Positions 9,289-19,094 of a stretch of DNA of 64,000 bases are shown in pieces; position 1 is the first letter of the stretch, and each line of letters opens with the position of its first letter. The notes beneath the pieces were generated by a model that saw nothing but the letters and a program-made list of their open reading frames with translations, had not been told where the DNA came from and searched no databases. The position numbers were made by a program, and so were the translations under genes. The DNA comes from Candidatus Latescibacterota bacterium. Lineage in GTDB: Bacteria; Latescibacterota; UBA2968; GCA-2709665. The DNA lies in NCBI GenBank assembly GCA_965208835.1, contig OZ242358.1, forward strand, positions 4,576,001-4,640,000, read 5' to 3'.

Positions 9289-11283
9289 GTGGACAGCGCT
9301 CGAGCACACGATCCGAGGCAACACGCGCAATCGGAGAATCAGCCGGCGCCGTCGGAAGACGGGCTGACCCTTCGCGCATTCCTGATCGGTCTGGGTCTCT
9401 GCGTGTTCATGGGCGTCGCGTTGACCTACAACCGGATGGTCGTCCAGGGGCCGTTCATGGGCAACTACCATATGGACCGGGGCGTACTGTTCGTTTTCTT
9501 TATTCTCGTGCTGGTGGTCAACCCTCTGGCGGGAGCCCTGAAGCGCCGCTTCTCACTCGGGCGGGGCGAATTACTGGCCATCTACGTCATGTTGCTGTTT
9601 CTGATGCCGTCATGGAAGATGACCAAGGCCCTGCTGGGTTTCATGACGGGCGTCACCTACTATGCCTCGCCGGAAATGCGGCACCTGGAAGCCGTGTTGC
9701 CCAATGCCCTGCCCTGGCTGTCGATCCTGGATACCGAAACGGTACGGGGGCTGTACGACGGGCTTCCCGCCGGGGACCCGGTACCCTGGTGGTCGTGGGT
9801 GGTTCCCCTGTGGAGCTGGGGGTCGTTCCTGGTCGTGCTTTACGTCGTGCTCGTCTGCCTGGCAGTACTCATGAGAAAGCAGTGGGAGGAGCACGAGCGC
9901 TTCGCGTTTCCCATCATGCAGGTGCCGCTGGAGATGAGCATGATGGGCGCGCGGACGGTGGGTCCCCTGTTCCGCGGCAGAATGATGTGGGGAGGGTTCG
10001 CGGTACCCTTTCTGATCGGATTGTTGAACGGGCTTCAGAGGTACTACTATTCGCTTCCGCGGATTCCGCTGCGGACGATTCTATGGATCTTCCGACGGGC
10101 GATTCCCTTGCACATCGGTCTTCATTTCGCGATTTTCGGGTACTCGTATTTCGTGAATACGGACGTAAGCCTGAGCATCTGGCTGTTCAACGTCATCGCA
10201 AAATGCATCAGCGGAATTCTGGCCATTGTGGGGGCGGAGACATACGGCGTCTCCGGGGTCGTAGGGAGGCACAGTTCGCAGGGATCGGAACTCCTGGCGA
10301 TGCTGGGCATGGGGTATATGCTCGGCCTGGCGGGGTACAGTCTGTGGATCGCGAGGGGGCACCTGCGTGAGGTCTGGGCCAGGGCCATGGGCCGCCCATC
10401 GCGCCTGGACGATTCGGATGAGGTGGTCCCCTATCGATCCGCGGTGGCCGGGATCGTTGCAGGGACACTCTATCTCGGATGCTGGCTCTACCAGGCGGGC
10501 ATCTCTCCCCATCTGGTCCTGCTGCTGGGCTTCTTCAGCTTTGTCGTCTTTCTGGTGCTCGCCCGGATCGTGAGCGAGACCGGATATTCCGTAACCTATT
10601 CCCCGCTGAATCCGTCTGAGTTCGTCGTATGCGCCGTGGGTTCCGCGGCGTTCAGTCCGACGGGGCTGACATCTCTGGGCGTCAGTTTCGCCTGGACGAT
10701 GACCCGGTTGAATACGCTGATGCCAAGGGCCTCCGGCGCGCTGCGACTCGCACGGGAGATCGGACGCAAGCGGGGGCTGCTGGTGGCGATGGGCGCCGCG
10801 CTGGCCGCCGGCCTGGTCGCGGCGAGCTATACGACGCTCCAACTGGGATACGAACACGGCGGTCGCAATTTGGACTACTGGTTCCGGGACGTGAACGACT
10901 GTGCGTTGCCGTTCGACGAATACATCGGTCGCAGGCTGCTCTCACCCTCGCCCATCTTCTACCCCGGATTCCTGTATACGGGTCTGGGCGTGGGTGTCGT
11001 GGTGTTGATGATGGCGCTCCGTTCGCGGCTTCCGTGGTGGCCGCTGCACCCGGTGGCGCTGCCGGTGAGTACGATCGCCTATACGCACAACTATTTTTTC
11101 AGCGTATTTCTCGCCTGGGGAATCAAGTCGCTCGTGCTGCGGTTCGGAGGCGCCAATCTCTACAGGACGACCCGGCCGCTCTTCATGGGGATCATCCTCG
11201 GCGAGGCGGTCTGCCTGGGAATGTGGATCGTCATCGACAGCATCACGGGCAAAGTGGGCGGGATCTGGATCCTGCAACCGTGA
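9289..11283 (+). CDS. DUF6785/DUF6784-like multi-pass membrane protein, putative OPT-like transporter (copy 1)
   Basis: Many hydrophobic helices; motifs RGELL, QWEEHERFAFPIMQVPL, WWPLHP, GIILGE shared with three paralogs. Confidence 0.75.
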   Translation: MDSARAHDPRQHAQSENQPAPSEDGLTLRAFLIGLGLCVFMGVALTYNRMVVQGPFMGNYHMDRGVLFVFFILVLVVNPLAGALKRRFSLGRGELLAIYVMLLFLMPSWKMTKALLGFMTGVTYYASPEMRHLEAVLPNALPWLSILDTETVRGLYDGLPAGDPVPWWSWVVPLWSWGSFLVVLYVVLVCLAVLMRKQWEEHERFAFPIMQVPLEMSMMGARTVGPLFRGRMMWGGFAVPFLIGLLNGLQRYYYSLPRIPLRTILWIFRRAIPLHIGLHFAIFGYSYFVNTDVSLSIWLFNVIAKCISGILAIVGAETYGVSGVVGRHSSQGSELLAMLGMGYMLGLAGYSLWIARGHLREVWARAMGRPSRLDDSDEVVPYRSAVAGIVAGTLYLGCWLYQAGISPHLVLLLGFFSFVVFLVLARIVSETGYSVTYSPLNPSEFVVCAVGSAAFSPTGLTSLGVSFAWTMTRLNTLMPRASGALRLAREIGRKRGLLVAMGAALAAGLVAASYTTLQLGYEHGGRNLDYWFRDVNDCALPFDEYIGRRLLSPSPIFYPGFLYTGLGVGVVVLMMALRSRLPWWPLHPVALPVSTIAYTHNYFFSVFLAWGIKSLVLRFGGANLYRTTRPLFMGIILGEAVCLGMWIVIDSITGKVGGIWILQP

Positions 11284-11337
11284 GCGTGCAGACGGCGCGG
11301 CTCGGGTGCCGCCACGCCGATCGAAGAGGATACATAT

Positions 11338-12156
11338 ATGGATTCAGGAGCAGATCGGATGCAAAGCGAACTGGACCAGATGCGCGTCAACGGCTGGTGT
11401 GTGGTCAAGGACGTCGTACCCGAGGACCGGGTTACGGCGGTGAGAGAGCGCGTTATGGATGCCGTACATCGGCACGCGAATGCCGAAACGCTCGACGAAA
11501 AGGGCATCGGCCACGTCTCCGGTTTCGTCGCCCGGGAGCAGTCTTTCGCGCCCTATGTGGCGGATTCCGGGGTCATGGGCGTCGTCATGGGAATGCTGGG
11601 CGAACACGTCCGGATCTCATTCACAACCGCGACGGTGAATTTCCCCGGTAACCCGCGCGGCGCGTGGCACGCCGACTGGCCCTTCAACCAGAACAACGCG
11701 GGGCATATTGCCGCGCCCTATCCCGACGCGGTGATGCACCTCACCACGCTATGGATGCTCTCCCCCTTCAGTGCGAAAAACGGAGGAACCCTCATTCTTC
11801 CCGGCAGCCACCGTTCGAACAACAATCCAAGCGGGGGAAACGGATTCGACCCGCTCGGCGCGATTCCCGGCGAATGCAACGCGGAAGGCGAAGCGGGAAG
11901 CGTGCTGATGCTGGACAGCCGGCTGTGGCACGCCTCGGCCCCCAACCGTTCCGACGAGCCTCGCGTGTCGGTCGTCATTCGCTACGCGCCCTGGTGGCTC
12001 GATACCGGTGTTCTGATGCCCGGGTCCGACGAGCGGAGACTGATGCTGGAGGCCACCGGACTGAATGCGCCCGAAGTCCCGCCCGTTCCCCGGGAAGTGT
12101 ATGATTCGATGCCGGAAAAGGTGAAGCCCCTTTTCAGGCACTGGGTGCGGTCGTAG
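11338..12156 (+). CDS. Phytanoyl-CoA dioxygenase (PhyH) family Fe(II)/2OG oxygenase
   Basis: NGWCVVKDVV; WHAD (HxD); NGGTLILPGSH; LWHASAPNRSDEPR. Confidence 0.9.
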   Translation: MDSGADRMQSELDQMRVNGWCVVKDVVPEDRVTAVRERVMDAVHRHANAETLDEKGIGHVSGFVAREQSFAPYVADSGVMGVVMGMLGEHVRISFTTATVNFPGNPRGAWHADWPFNQNNAGHIAAPYPDAVMHLTTLWMLSPFSAKNGGTLILPGSHRSNNNPSGGNGFDPLGAIPGECNAEGEAGSVLMLDSRLWHASAPNRSDEPRVSVVIRYAPWWLDTGVLMPGSDERRLMLEATGLNAPEVPPVPREVYDSMPEKVKPLFRHWVRS

Positions 12157-12205
12157 GACTGGCGTCTTGCCGAATCGTATCAGTCGTAACTGGAGGTGTA
12201 CCGAG

Positions 12206-13159
12206 ATGGCCGAGACAGCGACAAAAGCCAAGTATACCGCGCCGAATCCCGGGTTTGGTTTCTCGGATGTGCCACAGACCGAATTCGACTATCCATTCCC
12301 GGCCCTGACGCTGGAGCAGCGGATGCGGTTCGAGCTTTTCGGGTACACCATCGTCGAGGACCTGTTTACCGAGCCGGAGTTGCAGTCCATAGAAGCGTCA
12401 GCCAACAAACTGAAGGCGGAAATCCTGGACGCGGCCGGCAACGTCGAGATCACGCCGCCTCCGCCGCCCAGGAAATACGAGGACTTCCGGGACGGGGCGA
12501 TCTGGCGGGCGAACCGGAGGAGGACGGCTTCGGGCGACCTTCACCTGGAACGTCTTGAGATTGAGAACGTGCTGGGCCTGGACCCCGTCTACCTGTCGGT
12601 TCTGACAAGGCCGCGCGTCTTGGGGATCGCCACGGAACTGCTGGGCGGGACATTTCGCTTCCATCAGGTCGCCGTCCGCTTCAACCGGCGTTCCGAAACC
12701 CCCGTTCTGGGATGGCACGGCGGGGTGACCCGGCACAAGGACCGGGCGGTCCGCAAGAATGGCTGGTTCCATACGCAGATCCTCGGTTTGATCCTCTATC
12801 TCACGGACGTGGGCCGTGGCGACGGCGGTACCGGGATCTTCGCGGGAAGTCACAGACTCGACCTCTCGTACGACGATCTGAAACAGTACATCACGGACCA
12901 TCCGGACTCCGAGTTCTTCCACCAGACCACGGCAAAGCGGGGCTCGGCGCTGCTGTTCGCCGACGGCCCGTTGATGCACCGGACCATCAACATCGAGACG
13001 GACAGGGAACGGCTCATCATGCTCTCGCGGCTGGTCCATTCCGACTACGAGTTCGGCGGAATGGCGTCACTCGGACAGACCGACCACGTACCGCATGAGC
13101 TGATGCCGCTGTTCTATGGACGGGCGTTCACGCCCAGATATCGACCCCGCGGGGAATAA
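12206..13159 (+). CDS. PhyH-family Fe(II)/2OG enzyme with HGG in place of HxD
   Basis: FGYTIVEDLF; GWHGG; YLTDV..GGTGIFAGSH; LMHRT..RER. ATG 12206 follows GGAGGT. Confidence 0.8.
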   Translation: MAETATKAKYTAPNPGFGFSDVPQTEFDYPFPALTLEQRMRFELFGYTIVEDLFTEPELQSIEASANKLKAEILDAAGNVEITPPPPPRKYEDFRDGAIWRANRRRTASGDLHLERLEIENVLGLDPVYLSVLTRPRVLGIATELLGGTFRFHQVAVRFNRRSETPVLGWHGGVTRHKDRAVRKNGWFHTQILGLILYLTDVGRGDGGTGIFAGSHRLDLSYDDLKQYITDHPDSEFFHQTTAKRGSALLFADGPLMHRTINIETDRERLIMLSRLVHSDYEFGGMASLGQTDHVPHELMPLFYGRAFTPRYRPRGE

Positions 13160-13263
13160 GTGCAGGAGAGAGTGGTGAGAGCCCCCCGGTCCCCTCGGCG
13201 CCCTAGACTTTCTCTCTTTCCTCACTCCTCTTCACTCTCTTCTCGCAACGGAAGGATGATGAG

Positions 13264-14541
13264 ATGGCGGCGCGAGTTCCCGAGGTCCCGGCCTGGTTTG
13301 TCCCCCGCATCTGCGGCGTCGACCCGACAGGACGGACGATTTCGGTCAAGCCCGGAGAGACCATTGACCTTCGTCTCGACGTAGAACCCTGTCAGTCGCT
13401 CCCGACACGGCAGGACTGGCGGCGCCTGTCCGATCCCGTCCTGTCAGCGGCGACGACGAAACAGGATTGGTGCCGCGTACTCCTCTACATGCCCTGCGTG
13501 CTGATAGCGGACGGGATCTTCAAGATGTGGTACGTTGGCAGTTCCGACCACGCGCGCAACCCATCGTACATCCACCTCGGGTACGCCACGTCGACGGACG
13601 GGCTGCGCTGGGACCCGCGGCCGGACAATCCGATCGCCACCGACGATGCGATTCCGTGGGGCTGGCGTTTCCAGGCGCCGTACGTGCTCTACGACCAGGA
13701 CGAGAAGATTTACAAGATGTGGTTTACCGCCGTCGATGAAATCGACGCTGACGGACGCCCGTGGCTGAACCAGCGCGTGGGGTACGGCGAGAGTCCCGAC
13801 GGGATTTCATGGACGTTCCTCCCGGAGCCCGTGTTGCGAACCGGGCGGCGTCCGTGTGTCCTGAAACTGGATGACGGGACGTACAGGATGTGGGTGAACG
13901 CGCCGTCCAGGTCGGCTCCGGATTTGCAGATGACCCTGAATGTTGTTTCCGCCCGCTCCGAGGACGGTCTGCACTGGAAACACGAAGACGACGCAGTTCG
14001 GTACGGCGGGATCTATCGCTCTTGCGTGTATCCCTTCGTGATGCACGATCGGGGCGAACTGGCGATGTGGTTCGGCGGTCACCGGGCGGGCGGGCTCTTC
14101 GATATTTCGTTCGGGCGGACGCGTGACGGCGGCACCTGGTACTACCAGAACGACGTGCCGACGTTTCCCTCGAACCCGCGAAGGGAAGCGTTCGACGGCC
14201 GGTACACGTCCACCCCGCACGTCTTGAAATTGCCGGGCAGATACCTGATGTACTATTCCGCGCGGGATCTGGACGACGGCTGGGTCGCGCCTGACGGCTC
14301 GCGCCAACGGGACGGCGAGGGGGTGTATCGCCACATCGGGTGCGCCGAATTGCCGGCCGACGAAGTGGAAGATCCGGGCCTCCGGTATTCGTGGACGTCC
14401 AATGGCAGGGCGATAACCGGAAACGGCGGAACATTGCGATTCGTCGCGGACAGGGCGGGAAGACATTCGATAACCTGCCGCGTGGAAAATGGCAACGGGT
14501 CAGCCGCGTACACGTGGGAAGTGGATGCAGGCAATGGATAA
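13264..14541 (+). CDS. Five-bladed beta-propeller hydrolase-like protein (paralog A2) with Ig/PKD-like flanks
   Basis: Shares QDWCRV, GRRPCV, VYPFV, DGRYTSTP, YYSARD, YRHIG with 8240-9262; C-terminal LRYSW..GRHSITCRV..WEV. Confidence 0.7.
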   Translation: MAARVPEVPAWFVPRICGVDPTGRTISVKPGETIDLRLDVEPCQSLPTRQDWRRLSDPVLSAATTKQDWCRVLLYMPCVLIADGIFKMWYVGSSDHARNPSYIHLGYATSTDGLRWDPRPDNPIATDDAIPWGWRFQAPYVLYDQDEKIYKMWFTAVDEIDADGRPWLNQRVGYGESPDGISWTFLPEPVLRTGRRPCVLKLDDGTYRMWVNAPSRSAPDLQMTLNVVSARSEDGLHWKHEDDAVRYGGIYRSCVYPFVMHDRGELAMWFGGHRAGGLFDISFGRTRDGGTWYYQNDVPTFPSNPRREAFDGRYTSTPHVLKLPGRYLMYYSARDLDDGWVAPDGSRQRDGEGVYRHIGCAELPADEVEDPGLRYSWTSNGRAITGNGGTLRFVADRAGRHSITCRVENGNGSAAYTWEVDAGNG

Positions 14542-14962
14542 GACCGTGATCCTGGCCGCCGACCGCCGCGCGCGTTGTGCGGTGGAGGTGCCGGCGAAAC
14601 CGGAACCCGCTGAAAAGACGGCCGGGGAAGAACTGGCGCATTACATCGGGAAGCTCGCCGGCGCCTCCATCGGTCTGCATCATGGGGAAGTGAGCGGCGC
14701 GTCCGTAAGGCTTCTGGTTGGCGCCAGAGCGCGTGACGAGATTGGCGACCGGCTGATGGGCGCGAGACGGACCGCGGAAACCTACCACCGGACGCGGGAT
14801 CAGGACCACTTGAAGCGGCTGGCCCGGGAACGGGACGCCATCGTCGACTACATCGCCGCGAATCCCGTGGACGGCGCCTATCACCTGGGCGGCATTGGCG
14901 GGCAGCGAGGGAATATCAATAACTTCCTGCTGGGACACCTCTGGGGAATCGAAAGGATCTGA
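14534..14962 (+). pseudogene. Probable internally deleted DUF4838/GH20-N-domain-type gene
   Basis: N-terminus VEVPAKPEPAEKTAGEELAHYIGKLAGA resembles the start of much longer DUF4838/GH67/GH20 proteins, but the ORF ends at 142 aa with no catalytic domain. Confidence 0.5.
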
Positions 14963-14965
14963 GGC

Positions 14966-16786
14966 ATGGAACAACCCATTCTGATATTGCGCGCGGACAG
15001 CGACCCGTCGGAAGATCTCTGTGCCGAGGTGCTCCGATGCGAGGGCTTTCCGTGGCACGAAGAACGCCCCGCATCGGGATTTGACGGTGTGTCTCCCGGC
15101 GTGAGGCTGGTCGTTCTCGCTGGCGCCGGCTTCGGCCATACGACCGCGGAGCGCCTGGCGAGGGCTGTCTCCGCGGGTGTGACGCTGATCTCAACCGCGC
15201 CCGACCCTGCCGTCGCGGCAGCGTTCGGCGTCTCGGTTTCGGATACTGAAACCGATGCCCACGTGGCCGTAACCGCGCTGAACGGTTGGGAACATGGCAA
15301 CGTCCCGTTGCTGTGCCCCGACGACACTGCCCGCACCCTTCGCGGCGGCCAGGAAGCGGCGGCGCTTCGGGCCGATAGCGGACAGCGGTGCGGATCCGGA
15401 CTCGTTTCCGCCCGCGTGGGAAATGGAACCGCCTGGATTTACGGCTACGACCTCTGCCGTACCGTGGCCGCGCTGCGTCACGGTACGGGCGACGTGCGTG
15501 AGCGGCCGGCGAAGGATATGGGGCCGCTCACGGGGCCCCGGCACATCTACGGATTCTTCGACCTTTCCGACAAGCTGCCCCGGGACGTGCCGGTATGCGA
15601 TCTGCATCAGGATATTCTTCGGACGTTTGTGCTCGCTTCTCTCGCCGATTCGAGTCTTCCTCGCCTGTGGCACTTTCCCGACGCCGCCCCCGCGCTCTGG
15701 TTCGTGAAGGGCGACGGCTGCGGAGAAATCGGCGTCGACGTGGAGGTGGAAGTCGTAGAGGAGTACGACGCCTATCTGACATTCAACAGACCCCCCGTGA
15801 GCCGGTACGGCGGTGACTTGATGAAAGACTGGCACGAACGGGGGCACGGCATCACCATCGAAGCCAATCTGGACGACGTCACCAGGCCCGTCGTCGAGGT
15901 CTCGGGACAGAAGGTCCGTCGGTCGCGCACCGCGCAGGACCTGAACGAAAACGCACTTCCCGATATCCGCGCCAACCTCGAGGCGCACCGCGACAGCTTC
16001 TTCCGCGACACGGGTCTGGACATGGACTCGATCTGCATTCACGGCTGCCAGTGGTCGGGGCAGCCGATGGCGGAAATGGTTGTCGACCTCGGCTGGTACA
16101 CACCCACCCACTTCATCTCCCACGATCCGCGGATGCGCTACGATGAGCGCTACGGGCCGTATATGATTTCGACCGCGCTGCCTCTTCGCTATTTTCAACA
16201 CGGTGTGGGGGTCCTCGACCTCTGGCACATGCCGGCGCAGTGGGACGAGAGCCAGACGCTGGGGGAACGGGACGTTTCGGATCCCAAGTCCACCGGAAGG
16301 GTGGGCCTTTCGACAGAAGCGTACGGCGAGGAGCTCGCCCGGTTCGCCGAAGACGCGGCACATCGCTGGCACGGGGTACAGATCGCCAACTTTCACCCGA
16401 GCTACGTCGTTATGCCCCAGGACGATCCCCGTGCGTCCCGCCGGTCGCTGGAGATGGGCCTCGACGGCGCCCGGGCGGCGGGATGCCGGTTCGAGAACCA
16501 GGAGCGATGGTCGCGGTTCTCCCGGGCCAGGGCCGACGTGCGCCTCGAGGGGCTACGGGAAGACGGCCAGGCCGTCTTTCTGACGATGGCCTCCCCTGGC
16601 GACCTCCCGGGCCTCACGCTGCTGCTGCCCGATCGCGTGACCGGGGTCCGCGTTGCCGAAACGGGTCAGCCCCTGGAAATCCGCGAGGTTGTGCTGGAGG
16701 GACGGTCCCAGCGGGCCGTGTCCCTGGATCTGGTCGCCGAAACGCCGCGTACCCTTCGCATGGAGACCGCAACGGGTCCATTCTGA
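14966..16786 (+). CDS. Hypothetical protein: GATase-like N-domain plus polysaccharide-deacetylase-like barrel (paralog B1)
   Basis: PRLWHFPDAAPALWFVKGDG, IHGCQWSG, ALPLRY, ANFHP align with 54780-56492. Confidence 0.55.
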   Translation: MEQPILILRADSDPSEDLCAEVLRCEGFPWHEERPASGFDGVSPGVRLVVLAGAGFGHTTAERLARAVSAGVTLISTAPDPAVAAAFGVSVSDTETDAHVAVTALNGWEHGNVPLLCPDDTARTLRGGQEAAALRADSGQRCGSGLVSARVGNGTAWIYGYDLCRTVAALRHGTGDVRERPAKDMGPLTGPRHIYGFFDLSDKLPRDVPVCDLHQDILRTFVLASLADSSLPRLWHFPDAAPALWFVKGDGCGEIGVDVEVEVVEEYDAYLTFNRPPVSRYGGDLMKDWHERGHGITIEANLDDVTRPVVEVSGQKVRRSRTAQDLNENALPDIRANLEAHRDSFFRDTGLDMDSICIHGCQWSGQPMAEMVVDLGWYTPTHFISHDPRMRYDERYGPYMISTALPLRYFQHGVGVLDLWHMPAQWDESQTLGERDVSDPKSTGRVGLSTEAYGEELARFAEDAAHRWHGVQIANFHPSYVVMPQDDPRASRRSLEMGLDGARAAGCRFENQERWSRFSRARADVRLEGLREDGQAVFLTMASPGDLPGLTLLLPDRVTGVRVAETGQPLEIREVVLEGRSQRAVSLDLVAETPRTLRMETATGPF

Positions 16787-16901
16787 CTACGAAATGGGTC
16801 AGACCGAGCCGGTCGGCAGTGTCGAACACCTGCCGCCGGATCTAATGCCGCTGTTTTACGGACGCTCGTTCATACCCAGGTACCGACCCGCGGGGCGATA
16901 G
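16776..16901 (+). pseudogene. C-terminal remnant of a paralog of the HGG-type PhyH gene
   Basis: VHSDYEMGQTEPVGSVEHLPPDLMPLFYGRSFIPRYRPAGR* aligns without gaps to the last 41 aa of 12206-13159 (25/41 identical). Confidence 0.85.
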
Positions 16902-16960
16902 GCAGGACGCCGGCGTTTACAACCCTGGGGTATCAGCGCCCTGCATCGCGGAGAATACGA

Positions 16961-18976
16961 ATGAAACGGACAATACGCCGTACGGCGCTTCTGAACATCC
17001 AGAAGGTGAGCTATTCCCGCGACCACGTGGCGCGAGTCCGGAGCGAGGGATTCACGGACATCGGCGTCTCCCTGAAAGCGGGAGAGCGGAAGTTCACGGG
17101 CCAGGGATTCAACTGGGAACAGGTGGGTCACTTCGGTGCGTGGGCCCGGGAATTCGGCCTGGGGATGACCGTATTCACCGGCTATATGAAGTACCGGGAG
17201 ACCTTCCTGCGGGACCATCCGGAGCGGGCCATGGTTTGCGTCGGCGGTTCGGGTACCGCGCTGGACAGCGATAACCTCGTGCGCACCAAATGGCTGTGCC
17301 CGTTCCAGCCGGAGAACAAAGCGGATTACCTGGATCTCCTGAGGAAAGTGATCGGGCTGCCCGCGCTCCGGGAGATTCACCTCAACGACGAAGCCGCGAT
17401 TGGGTTCGCAAACGGCGACATCGGCTGCTATTGCGACCACTGCGTATCCGAATACGAAAGGGAATACGGCTCGCCGCCGCCAGCCGATTTCGACTGGGAG
17501 TCTGACGCGTGGTGGGCGTGGGTACAGCGCAGGATGGCGCGGTGGACCGAAGTCCATGCCTGGTTCCGCGAGCAGATCAGGAAGGAGCGCCCGGACGTCC
17601 TGGTCGGCATTCAGTATTCGCCGGTGGTCGTATCCTTCAACGACAACATCTGGCGCGCGGGGATCGATCTCTCGCAGGACGCGCTGGCCCAGGACGTGCT
17701 CTGTACGGACCCCTATCACTACAACCATACGTCGCATTTCACCTACCGGCCCGCGCGCCGGATCCTGACCGAGGCGACCCGGACGCTGGCAGGCGCCACG
17801 GTCGGGCGTTCGATGAATATCTATCCGCAGGCATTCAGACCGCCCCTGGGCGGGCCGGAGTTGACCCGCAGAGACGGTTTTATGGCCGGCGCGGTTCCCT
17901 ACGCGCTCGGTGCGGACAACATTACGCCGTATTCCAACGATCTCGCCCGCATCCTGCCCGGATTTCTGGACGGATTCCACGAGGCGGGTAAACTCATTCC
18001 CTATTTCGAGAAGACGAAACCCTGCGCATCCGCCACCGTCATCAACCCCACGCAGACGGAAATCTACGGGCATCCGGAAACCGGCTGGGCCCGAAAGGCG
18101 CTGGCGGTCTGGCCCGACGTGATGAACCACGTGGGCCTGCCGTGGCGCTGGCACTTCGACGGTCGCCTCGCGGATGCATGGGAGGCGCTGGAAGGGCCGG
18201 TGATCCTGCCGGATACCCACTGCCTGACCCGAGATCAGAGGGCCGTACTGCAGACCCATGCCGCATCGGGCAACGGCCTGCTCTGGGTGGGGCGGACCCC
18301 GAACCGGGACTGGCCGGGCAACGGGCCGTGTCCACCGCCGGAGGGGAAATCCATCGACAGTGCGGAAATGCGCCCAGTAAAACGGGACCATCCTCTCCTG
18401 GAGGGCATTTCGCACCCCGTCATGCTGCAGTCCGCGTTTTTGCAACCCGGAATCGAAGGGGAGACGGTGGGCGAGATCGACGGGAGGCCGGCGCTGGTCG
18501 TGAACGAGGATAACGGCGGACGCCAGGCCTGGCTGGCGGGGGTCCCGGAATTCAGCTACGTGACGCCCGGAGACCACGGCGGCGTCCGGGCGCCCACGGA
18601 CGGCATACCCCTGCTGAGGAATATCCTGAAATGGCTGGCGCGGGACGAACCGGTTGCCCGCCTCTGGCCGTACCCGCCCGATAACGCCTACCGGGACCTG
18701 CGGCCGTGGGACCGCCGCGACGTGCCGACCATGGAGTTGTTCCCGATGATCGGCGACGACTGCCTTGTCTGCCTCATCTTCAACTACGTGGGGCTGGAAT
18801 ATCGGACGAACCTGGTAATGGGCGCGCCGAAAGGCGCCGAGATTACTTCACTGACCGATATCTTCAACGGAACCGAAGCGCTCGCCGCCGCCGAGGTCGA
18901 CGGCAGCGAGGTCATTATGCCAGTCAGGATGTCGAATCAGACCGAATACCTGGCCGTGGAACTGACGTGGCGATAG
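16961..18976 (+). CDS. GH42-like TIM-barrel protein with GATase-like trimerisation domain (paralog C1)
   Basis: WLCPFQP, HLNDEA, CYCDHC, TDPYH, PVILPDTHCL; no signal peptide. Confidence 0.65.
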   Translation: MKRTIRRTALLNIQKVSYSRDHVARVRSEGFTDIGVSLKAGERKFTGQGFNWEQVGHFGAWAREFGLGMTVFTGYMKYRETFLRDHPERAMVCVGGSGTALDSDNLVRTKWLCPFQPENKADYLDLLRKVIGLPALREIHLNDEAAIGFANGDIGCYCDHCVSEYEREYGSPPPADFDWESDAWWAWVQRRMARWTEVHAWFREQIRKERPDVLVGIQYSPVVVSFNDNIWRAGIDLSQDALAQDVLCTDPYHYNHTSHFTYRPARRILTEATRTLAGATVGRSMNIYPQAFRPPLGGPELTRRDGFMAGAVPYALGADNITPYSNDLARILPGFLDGFHEAGKLIPYFEKTKPCASATVINPTQTEIYGHPETGWARKALAVWPDVMNHVGLPWRWHFDGRLADAWEALEGPVILPDTHCLTRDQRAVLQTHAASGNGLLWVGRTPNRDWPGNGPCPPPEGKSIDSAEMRPVKRDHPLLEGISHPVMLQSAFLQPGIEGETVGEIDGRPALVVNEDNGGRQAWLAGVPEFSYVTPGDHGGVRAPTDGIPLLRNILKWLARDEPVARLWPYPPDNAYRDLRPWDRRDVPTMELFPMIGDDCLVCLIFNYVGLEYRTNLVMGAPKGAEITSLTDIFNGTEALAAAEVDGSEVIMPVRMSNQTEYLAVELTWR

Positions 18977-19027
18977 TGTTCTATCCCGATTCAGGTGCAT
19001 GCTTCCGGCTGTTTGGGGTTGATCCTG

Positions 19028-19062
19028 TTGATCCTGTCCATCCTGTCCATCCATGTAAGTTC
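19028..19062 (-). repeat. Dispersed caggat-type repeat, copy 2
   Basis: Tandem atcctgt(cc/tg) units; reverse complement matches 6565-6599. Confidence 0.8.
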
Positions 19063-19094
19063 CTTTTTGTCGACAAATATGCTGACGGGGACGC

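Noticed and set aside
16784-16786. TGA as selenocysteine or readthrough
   Set aside because: The downstream coding-like sequence is in another frame and is explained as a PhyH remnant.
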